Positions 10,701-18,354 of a stretch of 64,000 bases of DNA are shown here, in pieces. Source of the stretch: Spirochaetia bacterium. GTDB lineage: Bacteria > Spirochaetota > UBA4802 > UBA5550. The stretch's first letter is position 1. Every line of letters starts with the position of its first letter. The position numbers and the translations under genes were made by a program. Where the stretch lies: contig VFJS01000022.1 in NCBI GenBank assembly GCA_009885955.1, forward strand, positions 51-64,050. Reading direction: 5' to 3'. Under the pieces are notes generated by a model. The model had not been told where the DNA came from. It worked only from the letters and a program-made list of their open reading frames with translations, and searched no databases.

Positions 10701-13443
10701 CCTCCGTCTCCTCGGATATACCAATCCGGAGGACCTGATCGGTGAAAATATGCATCTGAAAATCCACTACAAGCATCTCAATGGGAGCCCTTATCCTGTT
10801 GAGGACTGCCACATTTTTCAGGCATTCAAGCAGGGGAAAGGGTGCAATGTGAATAACGAAGTATTCTGGCGGGCTGATGGCACCTGTTTCCCGGTAGATT
10901 ACTATTCCCACCCCCAATTGCGCGACGGAACAGTAGTTGGGGCAGTAGTGACTTTTGTTGATATAACCGCGCGTAAACAGGCCGAAGAAAAAATATTGAG
11001 GGAATACAACATACACGCCACCCTCACTTCACTCTACGAGCCGATGATGAAATCGAATATTTCAATGGAGGAGATATCAAAGCTCATTCATTACTGGGCG
11101 AAATATCTAACCCGCAGCGAATACTGCTTTGTTTCAGCAATAGACAGAGTTACCGGGGAAAATGTCTGCTACGCCATTTCAGAATTAATAAAGGGAGAGT
11201 GCGGAATTCAGGGTGAAAATGGCAGGATCGTCTTCCCGGGAAATAAAAATGACATGAATTCTTCGCTTTTCGGGCACTCGTTGAACTCCGGAGTATCATT
11301 CTATACCAATGATATTACGTCTCATCCCGATTCGAGAGGGGCCCCTGCGGGGCATGTCCCGCTTATCGCCTTTCTATCAGTCCCTTTTATTGTCGATAAG
11401 GAACTGGCAGGCCAGATCGCCCTGGCTAATCCCTCTACGCCTTATACCGATAATGACCTGGACGTTATAAAGCGCCTTGCCGAATTTTATGCAATCGCCA
11501 TTAAGCGTAAAAGAGATGAGGAAGACCTCCATGCCAGCGATAAAAGATTCCGCAAGGTCGTTGAGAATATCGATGAATATATTTATACGGTAGACTATGA
11601 ATCGGGAAATCCGGTTGTATTTTATCACAGCCCGCAATCGGTAAAGGTAACCGGCTATGGACAGGAGGAATTCATTGCAAATCCCGGGCTCTGGTTTTCC
11701 ATGATCCATGAAGATGACAGAAAAGCGGTCAAGGATTATCTGGCAGGCATCCGGGCCGGACAGTTATTGCCGGCCATCGGACACCGTATTATTCATAAAA
11801 ATGGCTCGGTCCACTGGGTGCAGAACAGCTGTACCATGGAAATTGATGAGAAAGGCAGTCTAATCCGAACTTTTGGATTCATAATCGACATCACTAACCA
11901 AAAACTTTTCGAAAAAGAATTGCGTGATGCGAAAGATACCGCTGAGAAAGCAAATCGCTCAAAGACTGAATTTTTAACAAACATGAGCCATGAGCTGCGT
12001 ACACCGCTCAATGCCATACTTGGATTCAGCCAGGTTCTGGGTATGGAGAGTCATGGGAACGTGAACGAAGAACAGAGGAAGCACATCAGCTATATAAAAG
12101 AGGGCGGCGAACATCTGCTGTATATGGTCAACGACCTTCTTGACCTGGCTAAAATAGAAGCCGGGAAATTTGAGTTAGATAAAAAGCCCTTTGACATTGG
12201 AAAAATGCTTATCCTTTTCCCGGAATTATTGAAATCAATCGCGATAAAAAATAACATTGAGCTTCAAATCGACATTCATAATGATATCGGCCTTCTTAAT
12301 GCCGATGAGATTCGCGTAAAACAGGTGATGTATAATCTTATGTCAAACGCTATCAAATTTACTGCTCCTGGCAAAAAGGTTGGCCTTGAGGCCCGGGGAG
12401 AAGGGGATACTGTTATTATAACAGTGTGGGATGAGGGGATGGGTATTGGCCAGAATGAAATGAAGCGGATATTTCAACCCTTTGAACAGGGGAGTCATGG
12501 GAAGAAAGTCATTCAGGGGACAGGGCTGGGGCTCTCTATCACCCGGCAACTTATGGATCTTCAACATGGGAAGTTGTCAGTCACAAGCGAGCCGGGCAAG
12601 GGAAGCAGTTTTACCGTGACCTTCCCGGGAAGACTGCCGATGACTGAGGGATTCTCTACTATCTCAAGGACTGAACCGGGATATATGGCATCCGCTTTAA
12701 ATAAGTATCAGGGCAACATTCTTGTTGTTGAAGACAACTTCATTAATCAGGAACTCATGAAAGCAATTTTTAAATCCTTTGGCCTTGAAATCCGGCTGGC
12801 TGACTCAGGGGAAGATGCTGTTGAGTTAGCCGCTTCTGAAGAGTTTGACTTAATATTGATGGATGTCAACCTTCCCGGCATGGACGGAGTCGAAACAATG
12901 AAACGGATTCGTCTTTCAGATGGAAGGCATACGCCCATCGTTGCTCTCACGGCTCATTCGATGATTGGTGATGTTAAAAAGTTTATATCCGAAGGGATGG
13001 ATGATGTTTTAAATAAACCCGTTGAAATGATTAAGCTGGAAAGCATTGTTAAAAAATATCTGCCGTACGGTAATACAATAACTGAAACAATCAAAAAACC
13101 AGCACCAGGGGATTCGGATAAATATACTATTGCTTCAGCCGCGGACTCTTTTAATATCCCGGTTGAGCGGTTCAAATCGATCATTGAAACTTTTTTTTCA
13201 AATAAGATGGATGATTATCTATCTAATATCGGGGAAGCCATTGCGAAAAAAGATTATCAATCTATCCAATCAGCCACCCATAAGCTCAGGGGTGCTGTGG
13301 CAAATCTAAGGTTTATTTCATGTGCAGAAATACTGAAAGAAATGGAGGAATCGGGAGGAAAGATGATTGATGCCGATTATACCGGGTTATTAGAAAAACT
13401 GAAACAGGAACTTTTCAGGTTGAAAGCAGAGTTGATAAGTTAA
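7711..13443 (+). CDS. Giant hybrid sensor histidine kinase (REC, multiple PAS/GAF, HisKA-HATPase_c-REC-Hpt)
   Basis: 1910 aa. The start overlaps the upstream stop (ATGA). N-terminal receiver. Repeated PAS signatures (DITxRK motifs at several positions) and GAF-like blocks. H-box NMSHELRTPLNAILGF, N-box NLMSNAIKFT, GTGLGLSITRQL. Receiver ILVVEDNFIN...LILMDVNLPGMDG. C-terminal Hpt (ATHKLRGAVANLRF). Confidence 0.9.
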   Translation: MTARKKILIVEDDRIIVLDLTKKLSKIGFDIAGTADTGMEAVKKAEKLKPDLILMDIGLSGEMDGIEAAAEIKKKYSVPVVFLTAGDDDATIQRALEIEPDGYIKKPISEAILKTTIITALRWHGLDMLSFTVKEDLRTHQVELGMQNEELRRLHENLATSQKLYFDYFDLAPVGYFSLSEKGLIIEANLFIASLLNVTRDLLKNKPFSRYILPEDINIYHMFKKQLFSSVTQQSCELRMAQAGRDPIWVRIESSAVEMAGGKKVCRVVLSDITWRKESERRQMLTAEILEILNNPVTLSGSIKNILAAIKRVTGSDAAGIRIRSGDDFPYFVQDGFSSDFLHSENTLLSRNSNGGICRDEKGNVSLECTCGLVISGKTDPGNPLFTEAGSAWTNNSLTFLEIPAGADPRLNPRNRCVHDGYQSVAFIPIRSNNEIVGLLQLNDRRKDRFTLDAIKFFEGLCASIGIALMRKQSVEALRASGDKFTTIVNSINDAIYVIDLSDNGIPGKFIEVNDAACKMLGYSREEFFALSPRDINSLESRKSIQKEVDSLFSKGVLLLESTHVAKDGRNIPVEINAHVVNIMGGKKIVSIVRDITMRKHAEIELRESEERFRTLIEMSPQGINVHRDGKFIYFNPAAMTMLGATPEKNLVGKPILDLIHPDFHQFVQKRVKKITDGDARLVPEEGMKFLRLDGTVMDVEAKGISVTYDGLSSVCVFWHDITERKLAEEKLREAYHFNRQVISGAQEGIIVYGPDLRYQVWNPYMEQLTGYPGGEVLGKHPMELFPFLNEAGVMDRLKNVLSGKPVESVEFPFHFEGTEKSGWAIDTSTPLFNADGKITGVIGMIHDITDRKKTEEEIINISNIPRENPNPIIRINNERIILYANPSGIQLLETMGCRVGGTSPVEWDAYMDQAIASRSSLKIELEYSRSFLEINVVPISEKKYLNLYFSDVTERKRAETALIKGEEELRLILDSTGEAIYGIDMEGKCSFYNPAFLRLLGYTNPEDLIGENMHLKIHYKHLNGSPYPVEDCHIFQAFKQGKGCNVNNEVFWRADGTCFPVDYYSHPQLRDGTVVGAVVTFVDITARKQAEEKILREYNIHATLTSLYEPMMKSNISMEEISKLIHYWAKYLTRSEYCFVSAIDRVTGENVCYAISELIKGECGIQGENGRIVFPGNKNDMNSSLFGHSLNSGVSFYTNDITSHPDSRGAPAGHVPLIAFLSVPFIVDKELAGQIALANPSTPYTDNDLDVIKRLAEFYAIAIKRKRDEEDLHASDKRFRKVVENIDEYIYTVDYESGNPVVFYHSPQSVKVTGYGQEEFIANPGLWFSMIHEDDRKAVKDYLAGIRAGQLLPAIGHRIIHKNGSVHWVQNSCTMEIDEKGSLIRTFGFIIDITNQKLFEKELRDAKDTAEKANRSKTEFLTNMSHELRTPLNAILGFSQVLGMESHGNVNEEQRKHISYIKEGGEHLLYMVNDLLDLAKIEAGKFELDKKPFDIGKMLILFPELLKSIAIKNNIELQIDIHNDIGLLNADEIRVKQVMYNLMSNAIKFTAPGKKVGLEARGEGDTVIITVWDEGMGIGQNEMKRIFQPFEQGSHGKKVIQGTGLGLSITRQLMDLQHGKLSVTSEPGKGSSFTVTFPGRLPMTEGFSTISRTEPGYMASALNKYQGNILVVEDNFINQELMKAIFKSFGLEIRLADSGEDAVELAASEEFDLILMDVNLPGMDGVETMKRIRLSDGRHTPIVALTAHSMIGDVKKFISEGMDDVLNKPVEMIKLESIVKKYLPYGNTITETIKKPAPGDSDKYTIASAADSFNIPVERFKSIIETFFSNKMDDYLSNIGEAIAKKDYQSIQSATHKLRGAVANLRFISCAEILKEMEESGGKMIDADYTGLLEKLKQELFRLKAELIS

Positions 13444-13475
13444 TATGCATTTTTAAATGTGAAAGAAGGCGTTAT

Positions 13476-16400
13476 ATGAAAAAAAAGAATAAATCTCCGG
13501 CAGATGAAATAAAAATCGGAAAAAAGTTGAGTAAACCCGTTAAAAAAAGGGAACTTTCCGTTAATGATGAACCATCTCTAAACGGTGAGGTGTCGACCCC
13601 CTCGACCTGCATTTTCCCCATCGTGGGCATCGGCGCCTCTGCAGGGGGGCTTGCCGCCTTCGAGGAATTTTTCTCCGGCATGCCTGCCGACACCGACCCG
13701 GGCATGGCCTTTGTCCTGGTACAGCACCTGGCGCCGGACCACAAGAGCATCCTCACGGAACTCATCCGGCGCTACACCCGCATGCAGGTCTTCGAGGTGG
13801 AGGACGGCATGGTTGTCATGCCCAACTGCGCCTATATTATCCCCCCCAACCGCGATATGGCCTTTCTCAACGGCGCCCTGCACCTCATGGAACCCTCGGC
13901 GCCCCGGGGGCAGCGCATGCCCATTAACTTTTTTTTCCGTTCACTGGCCCTGGACCAGCACGAACGGGCCATATGCATTGTACTCTCGGGAACCGGCAGC
14001 GACGGTACCCTGGGTCTCCGCGCAATCAAGGGCGAGGGGGGCATGGCCATGGCCCAGGAGCCCGGCACCACGGAGTATGACGGTATGCCCCGCAGCGCCA
14101 TAGCAACGGGCCTCGTGGACTTTGAGCTGCCGCCTTCCGAGATGGCAGCACGGCTCATCGCCTATGTGAACCGTGCATACATAAATCCGCCTGCTGCCGC
14201 ATCGGTACCCGGCGCCGACAACGCGCTTAAGAAGATCTTCATACTCCTGCGCGCCCAAACGGGACACGACTTTTCCCTGTACAAGCTGAGCACCATTCGC
14301 CGCCGCATTGAGAGGCGCAGGGCAGTGAACCAGATCGAAAATATAAACGACTATGTCCGCTTTCTTCAGAAGACCCCGGAAGAGGTGGAGGCGCTCTTCA
14401 ACGATTTTCTCATAGGCGTCACCAGTTTTTTCCGCGACCCCGATGAATTCAAGGTCCTTGAGGACCAGGTTATCCCCATGCTTTTTATAAACAGGTCCGC
14501 TGACTCGGTAATACGGGTATGGACTCCCGGATGCTCCACCGGCGAGGAGGCCTATTCCATCGCCATCCTCCTTGCCGAACGCCAGGAGGCCATGAAGAAG
14601 ATCTTCAAGGTGCAGGTCTTTGCCACGGACATTGACGCCAGGGCCATTGCAGCGGCCCGCGCGGGTATTTATCCTGCAAGTATCGCCGACGATATTTCCC
14701 GTGAGCGCCTGGCCCGCTTTTTTACCACCGAACCCGACGGCAGCACGTACCGGATCATCAAGGGGATCCGCGACATGCTGGTCTTTTCCGAACAGAACGT
14801 GATCAGAGATGCGCCATTTTCAAAGCTCAGCCTCATCAGCTGCCGAAACCTGTTAATCTACTTGGGGAGTAATCTCCAGAAAAAACTCATCCCCCTCTTT
14901 CATTATGCCCTGAATCCCGGCGGTTTTCTTTTCCTGGGCACATCGGAGTCAATTGGGGAGTTCGACGATCTTTTTGCCGCCATAGAACGGAAGCAGAAGC
15001 TCTACCGGCGCAGGGATGAAATAAACAAATATCAGCACCTGTCAATCAGCAGGCTTATTCCGCCCCTCACGGCAATAGACGTGGCGCTTCCGCGGACAGC
15101 AGGAAAGAAAACATTTATCGGGAAACAGCCGCTCAAGGAACTTACAGAACAGGCCCTGCTCATGCAGGCGGTCCCTGCCGCCGCACTGGTCAACAGCCAC
15201 GGGGACATCCTTTACCTCCACGGCCGCACCGGGTCGTTCCTGGAGCCTGCGCCAGGGGAGGCTGGGGCCAGCAATATTCTGAAAATGGCCCGCGAAGGCC
15301 TGCGCCGCGAACTTGCCACTGCCCTGCATAAGGCAGTAACGGGCAGAGAGGCCATACTCTCTCCGGGCCTGCGGGTGAAAACCAACGGCGATTTTACCCT
15401 GGTAAACCTTACCGTTAAGCCCGTGGACACGGTGCCGGCCGGGATACATGAGGCGTCCCTGTACCTTGTCATCCTTGAGGAAGCGACTCTTCAATCAGTA
15501 CTGCCGAATAAATTGCCCGGCCCTGGTGAGGGGGAGAAGGGGGCTGATAAAGACGGCATCCCCGGGACGGAAAGTTCCGGAGCGCTGGAGACCGACGGGC
15601 GAATTGCCGCCCTCACCCGGGAGTTGAAGGCCAAGGAGGAATACCTCCAGTCGGCCAATGAGGAACTGGAGACATCTAATGAAGAGCTAAAATCCTCGAA
15701 TGAGGAGATGCAGTCGGTGAACGAGGAACTGCAGTCCACCAACGAGGAGCTGGAGACCTCAAAGGAGGAGCTGCAGTCCATTAACGAGGAGCTGGCAACG
15801 GTGAATGCCGAACTGCAGTCCAAGGTTGTCGACCTGTCGCGGGCAAATAACGACATGAACAACCTCCTGGCCGGCACGGGCATCGGCACCGTTTTCGTGG
15901 ACCATGAGCTGCGGATTCTCCGCTTCACCCCTGCGGTAACGCAGATCATCAACCTCATCATCAGCGACATCGGGAGGCCCCTGGCCCACATCCTATCCAA
16001 CCTGGTGGGCTACGACCGGCTCATGAAGGATGCGCGGGAGGTGCTGGACACCCTTATTCCCAGGGATGCCGAAGTGCAGATTGCCGAAGGGAGCTGGTAC
16101 ATGCTCCACATCCATCCCTACCGCACCCTGGACAACGTCATTGAGGGCGCCGTAATAACCTTTGTCGATATTACCGGGAAGAAGAAGACAGAGGAGGCCC
16201 TAAGGAAGGCCAATGATCTCCTCCGGCTGGCAGTGGTGGTCCGCGATGCCCATGACGCCATAACCGTGCGCGATCTGAACGGCCGCATCATTGCATGGAA
16301 CCCGGGGGCAGTGAGGATGTTCGGGTGGAGTGAAGCCGAGGCCCTTGAAATGAATGCCCGCGACTTCATCCCCGTTGTGCTGAGGGACGAGGCGCTGGAC

Positions 16401-16562
16401 AGGGTATATCAGCTCAGCCGCGCTGAAATCCTGGAGCCCTATCAGACACAGCGGATCGCCAGGGATGGTTCCATCGTAGAAGTTTCAGTAATCTCCACGG
16501 CCCTGGTGAATGAGGCAGGGGAGATGTATGCCATTGCCACAACGGAGAGGGTGATGAGGTGA
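13476..16562 (+). CDS. CheB methylesterase-CheR methyltransferase fusion with heptad coiled coil and two PAS domains
   Basis: CheB-like catalytic region (IVGIGASAGGL...VLVQHLAPDH...SGTGSDGTLG). CheR SAM-dependent region (VWTPGCSTGEEAYSIAI, ISCRNLLIYL). Then the NEEL heptad array and C-terminal PAS domains. Clearly GC-rich relative to the flanking genes. Confidence 0.9.
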   Translation: MKKKNKSPADEIKIGKKLSKPVKKRELSVNDEPSLNGEVSTPSTCIFPIVGIGASAGGLAAFEEFFSGMPADTDPGMAFVLVQHLAPDHKSILTELIRRYTRMQVFEVEDGMVVMPNCAYIIPPNRDMAFLNGALHLMEPSAPRGQRMPINFFFRSLALDQHERAICIVLSGTGSDGTLGLRAIKGEGGMAMAQEPGTTEYDGMPRSAIATGLVDFELPPSEMAARLIAYVNRAYINPPAAASVPGADNALKKIFILLRAQTGHDFSLYKLSTIRRRIERRRAVNQIENINDYVRFLQKTPEEVEALFNDFLIGVTSFFRDPDEFKVLEDQVIPMLFINRSADSVIRVWTPGCSTGEEAYSIAILLAERQEAMKKIFKVQVFATDIDARAIAAARAGIYPASIADDISRERLARFFTTEPDGSTYRIIKGIRDMLVFSEQNVIRDAPFSKLSLISCRNLLIYLGSNLQKKLIPLFHYALNPGGFLFLGTSESIGEFDDLFAAIERKQKLYRRRDEINKYQHLSISRLIPPLTAIDVALPRTAGKKTFIGKQPLKELTEQALLMQAVPAAALVNSHGDILYLHGRTGSFLEPAPGEAGASNILKMAREGLRRELATALHKAVTGREAILSPGLRVKTNGDFTLVNLTVKPVDTVPAGIHEASLYLVILEEATLQSVLPNKLPGPGEGEKGADKDGIPGTESSGALETDGRIAALTRELKAKEEYLQSANEELETSNEELKSSNEEMQSVNEELQSTNEELETSKEELQSINEELATVNAELQSKVVDLSRANNDMNNLLAGTGIGTVFVDHELRILRFTPAVTQIINLIISDIGRPLAHILSNLVGYDRLMKDAREVLDTLIPRDAEVQIAEGSWYMLHIHPYRTLDNVIEGAVITFVDITGKKKTEEALRKANDLLRLAVVVRDAHDAITVRDLNGRIIAWNPGAVRMFGWSEAEALEMNARDFIPVVLRDEALDRVYQLSRAEILEPYQTQRIARDGSIVEVSVISTALVNEAGEMYAIATTERVMR
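15657..15824 (+). repeat. Eight imperfect tandem 21-bp units encoding a NEEL-type heptad coiled coil
   Basis: Direct reading gives aatgaggaactggagacatct / aatgaagagctaaaatcctcg / aatgaggagatgcagtcggtg / aacgaggaactgcagtccacc / aacgaggagctggagacctca / aaggaggagctgcagtccatt / aacgaggagctggcaacggtg / aatgccgaactgcagtccaag. It lies in frame inside the CheB-CheR gene. Confidence 0.8.
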
Positions 16563-16586
16563 AATTGCGGATGCCCTCACCCCCGT

Positions 16587-16612
16587 CCCCTCTCCCGGAA
16601 TAGGGAGAGGGG
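16587..16612. repeat. GC-rich palindromic (REP-like) hairpin downstream of the CheB-CheR stop
   Basis: cccctctccc / loop ggaata / gggagagggg gives a perfect 10-bp stem. It is preceded by gccctcaccc, the same leader seen in the second unit at 16718. Confidence 0.6.
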
Positions 16613-16717
16613 GGTGTGTAAAGATATTTTTTAATATTACATTGAAATGCAATATGCATATTTATGGTGTAAAGATTAGAAATGAAGTGAAAAAATTATG
16701 TACAATATGAAACTAAA

Positions 16718-16768
16718 GCCCTCGCCCTACCGGGAGAGGGCGCGCAGAGCGCGGGTGAGGGCATTTTT
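16718..16768. repeat. Second GC-rich palindromic (REP-like) unit with T-run, abutting the next start codon
   Basis: gccctcgccc (16718-16727) pairs with gggtgagggc (16753-16762), including one G-U pair. An inner alternative hairpin is cgccct/agggcg. It is followed by attttta and then the ATG at 16771. Confidence 0.55.
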
Positions 16769-16770
16769 AT

Positions 16771-18306
16771 ATGATCGATAAAGAAGAACTGCGCAGGCGG
16801 GCAGAAGAGATCGCCCGGAAAAAGACCGACCGGTTTTCAGAAGACTCTGAGGCCCTGTCTCCGGAAAAAATCCGCCAGGCGATCCACGACCTTCAGGTGC
16901 ACCAGATTGAGCTGGAGATGCAGAACGAGGAACTGCGCCGGTCGCAGGAGAAACTGAATGCCTCACGGGCGCGGTATTTCGACCTCTACGACCTGGCGCC
17001 CATAGGGTATATCACCCTCAGCGAAACAGGGCAGATACTTGAGGCTAACCTCTTCGCGGTTGCGCTGCTCGGGGTGACCCGGAGCTCGCTGGTAACGCAG
17101 TTTCTGACCGCCTTCATCTTTAGGGAGGATGAGGACATCCACTACCTCAGCTCCAAATTGCTTCTTAAGTCTGCCAAACCGCAGACATGGGAACTGAGGA
17201 TGGTTAAAAAAGACGGGACACTATTCTGGGCGAACCTTGACGGGAACATCGTGAGGAATGAAATGGGCGAGACCCAATTCCGTATCATATTGAGCGATAT
17301 TTCCGGGCGTAAGGAGATGGAGGCTGCGCTTAACGAGAGGGCAAAAGAACTGGCATGTATTTCGGCAGTGCGCGCTGAAACCCAGAATAATCTTTCCGAA
17401 GAGGATTTCTGCAGAAAAGTTATTGCACTCTTAATTCCCGCCATACAGTTCCCCGAATTTGCCTTTCCGGTAATTGATCTGGATGGACAACAGTTTGCCC
17501 CAGGTACAGCAGCGGGAAAGGTACATCAATACCTCTCTGCCGGAATTAAATTGGGTAATGAAAATACCGGTGAGCTGAGGGTGTACTACACTGCGGAATT
17601 GCCTTTTATCATCCCCGAGAAACATAATTTAATTGATACAGTTGCAGTTTCCATAGGGCTTTATCTCATGGGCTTGCGCGCCGGTGAAAAAATAAAATCA
17701 CTCCTCGATGAAAAGGAGTTCATCCTCAAAGAGGTGCACCACCGCATAAAGAACAACATGAGTACCATAAAAAGCATCCTTGCCCTGCAGGCCATGAAGT
17801 TGAATGAACCTGCGGCACAGGCTGCGCTCAATGATGCCGGGAGCCGGGTCCAGAGCATGATGGTCCTTTACGATAAACTCTTCCTGGCTGAAAGATACAG
17901 CGACATGCCGGTCAGGATGTATCTGCCGGCTCTCATAGATCAGATTTTGGCCAATTTCCCCGAAAGCTCGAGATTAAATATTGAAAAAAATGTTGATGAT
18001 TTTATCCTCGATACAAAAAGACTCTCCACCCTGGGGATCATCATAAACGAGCTCCTCACCAATATCATGAAATATGCCTTTGCTGATGGAGTTGATGGAA
18101 TGATAACGGTATCTGCTTCATTAAAAGACAACCGCGTCACAGTAATAATACAGGACAACGGCAGGGGAATTCCGGTAAAGACCGGTAATGAAAAACCCGG
18201 GGGTTTCGGCTTCACGCTCATATCAATCCTGGTTAAACAGCTGAACGGGACAATGAAGATTGAATCTGAAAAGGGGACAACGGTTGTTCTGGAATTTCAG
18301 AAATAG
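16771..18306 (+). CDS. PAS sensor histidine kinase of the HisKA_2/HWE type
   Basis: N-terminal coiled coil plus PAS (HQIELEMQNEELRR...YDLAPIGYITL). A small ELACIS... sensor-like module follows. HisKA_2 H-box EVHHRIKNNMSTI and HATPase_c (NELLTNIMKYAF, DNGRGIP, GFGFTLI). Confidence 0.85.
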   Translation: MIDKEELRRRAEEIARKKTDRFSEDSEALSPEKIRQAIHDLQVHQIELEMQNEELRRSQEKLNASRARYFDLYDLAPIGYITLSETGQILEANLFAVALLGVTRSSLVTQFLTAFIFREDEDIHYLSSKLLLKSAKPQTWELRMVKKDGTLFWANLDGNIVRNEMGETQFRIILSDISGRKEMEAALNERAKELACISAVRAETQNNLSEEDFCRKVIALLIPAIQFPEFAFPVIDLDGQQFAPGTAAGKVHQYLSAGIKLGNENTGELRVYYTAELPFIIPEKHNLIDTVAVSIGLYLMGLRAGEKIKSLLDEKEFILKEVHHRIKNNMSTIKSILALQAMKLNEPAAQAALNDAGSRVQSMMVLYDKLFLAERYSDMPVRMYLPALIDQILANFPESSRLNIEKNVDDFILDTKRLSTLGIIINELLTNIMKYAFADGVDGMITVSASLKDNRVTVIIQDNGRGIPVKTGNEKPGGFGFTLISILVKQLNGTMKIESEKGTTVVLEFQK

Positions 18307-18354
18307 GTATTGCATAAAGTGCATTAAGAATAATTAATATCATTAAGAGGTTTT

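Noticed and set aside
13585-14267. Several overlapping ORFs of 100-170 aa in alternative frames across the CheB-like region
   Set aside because: The Pro/Arg/Ala-rich translations are what off-frames of a GC-rich gene produce. I use them only as a proxy for high GC content.
15657-15824. Regular 21-bp periodic repeats that could superficially suggest a CRISPR-like or minisatellite array
   Set aside because: There are no spacers. The units are contiguous, in frame and encode a heptad coiled coil inside a long ORF.
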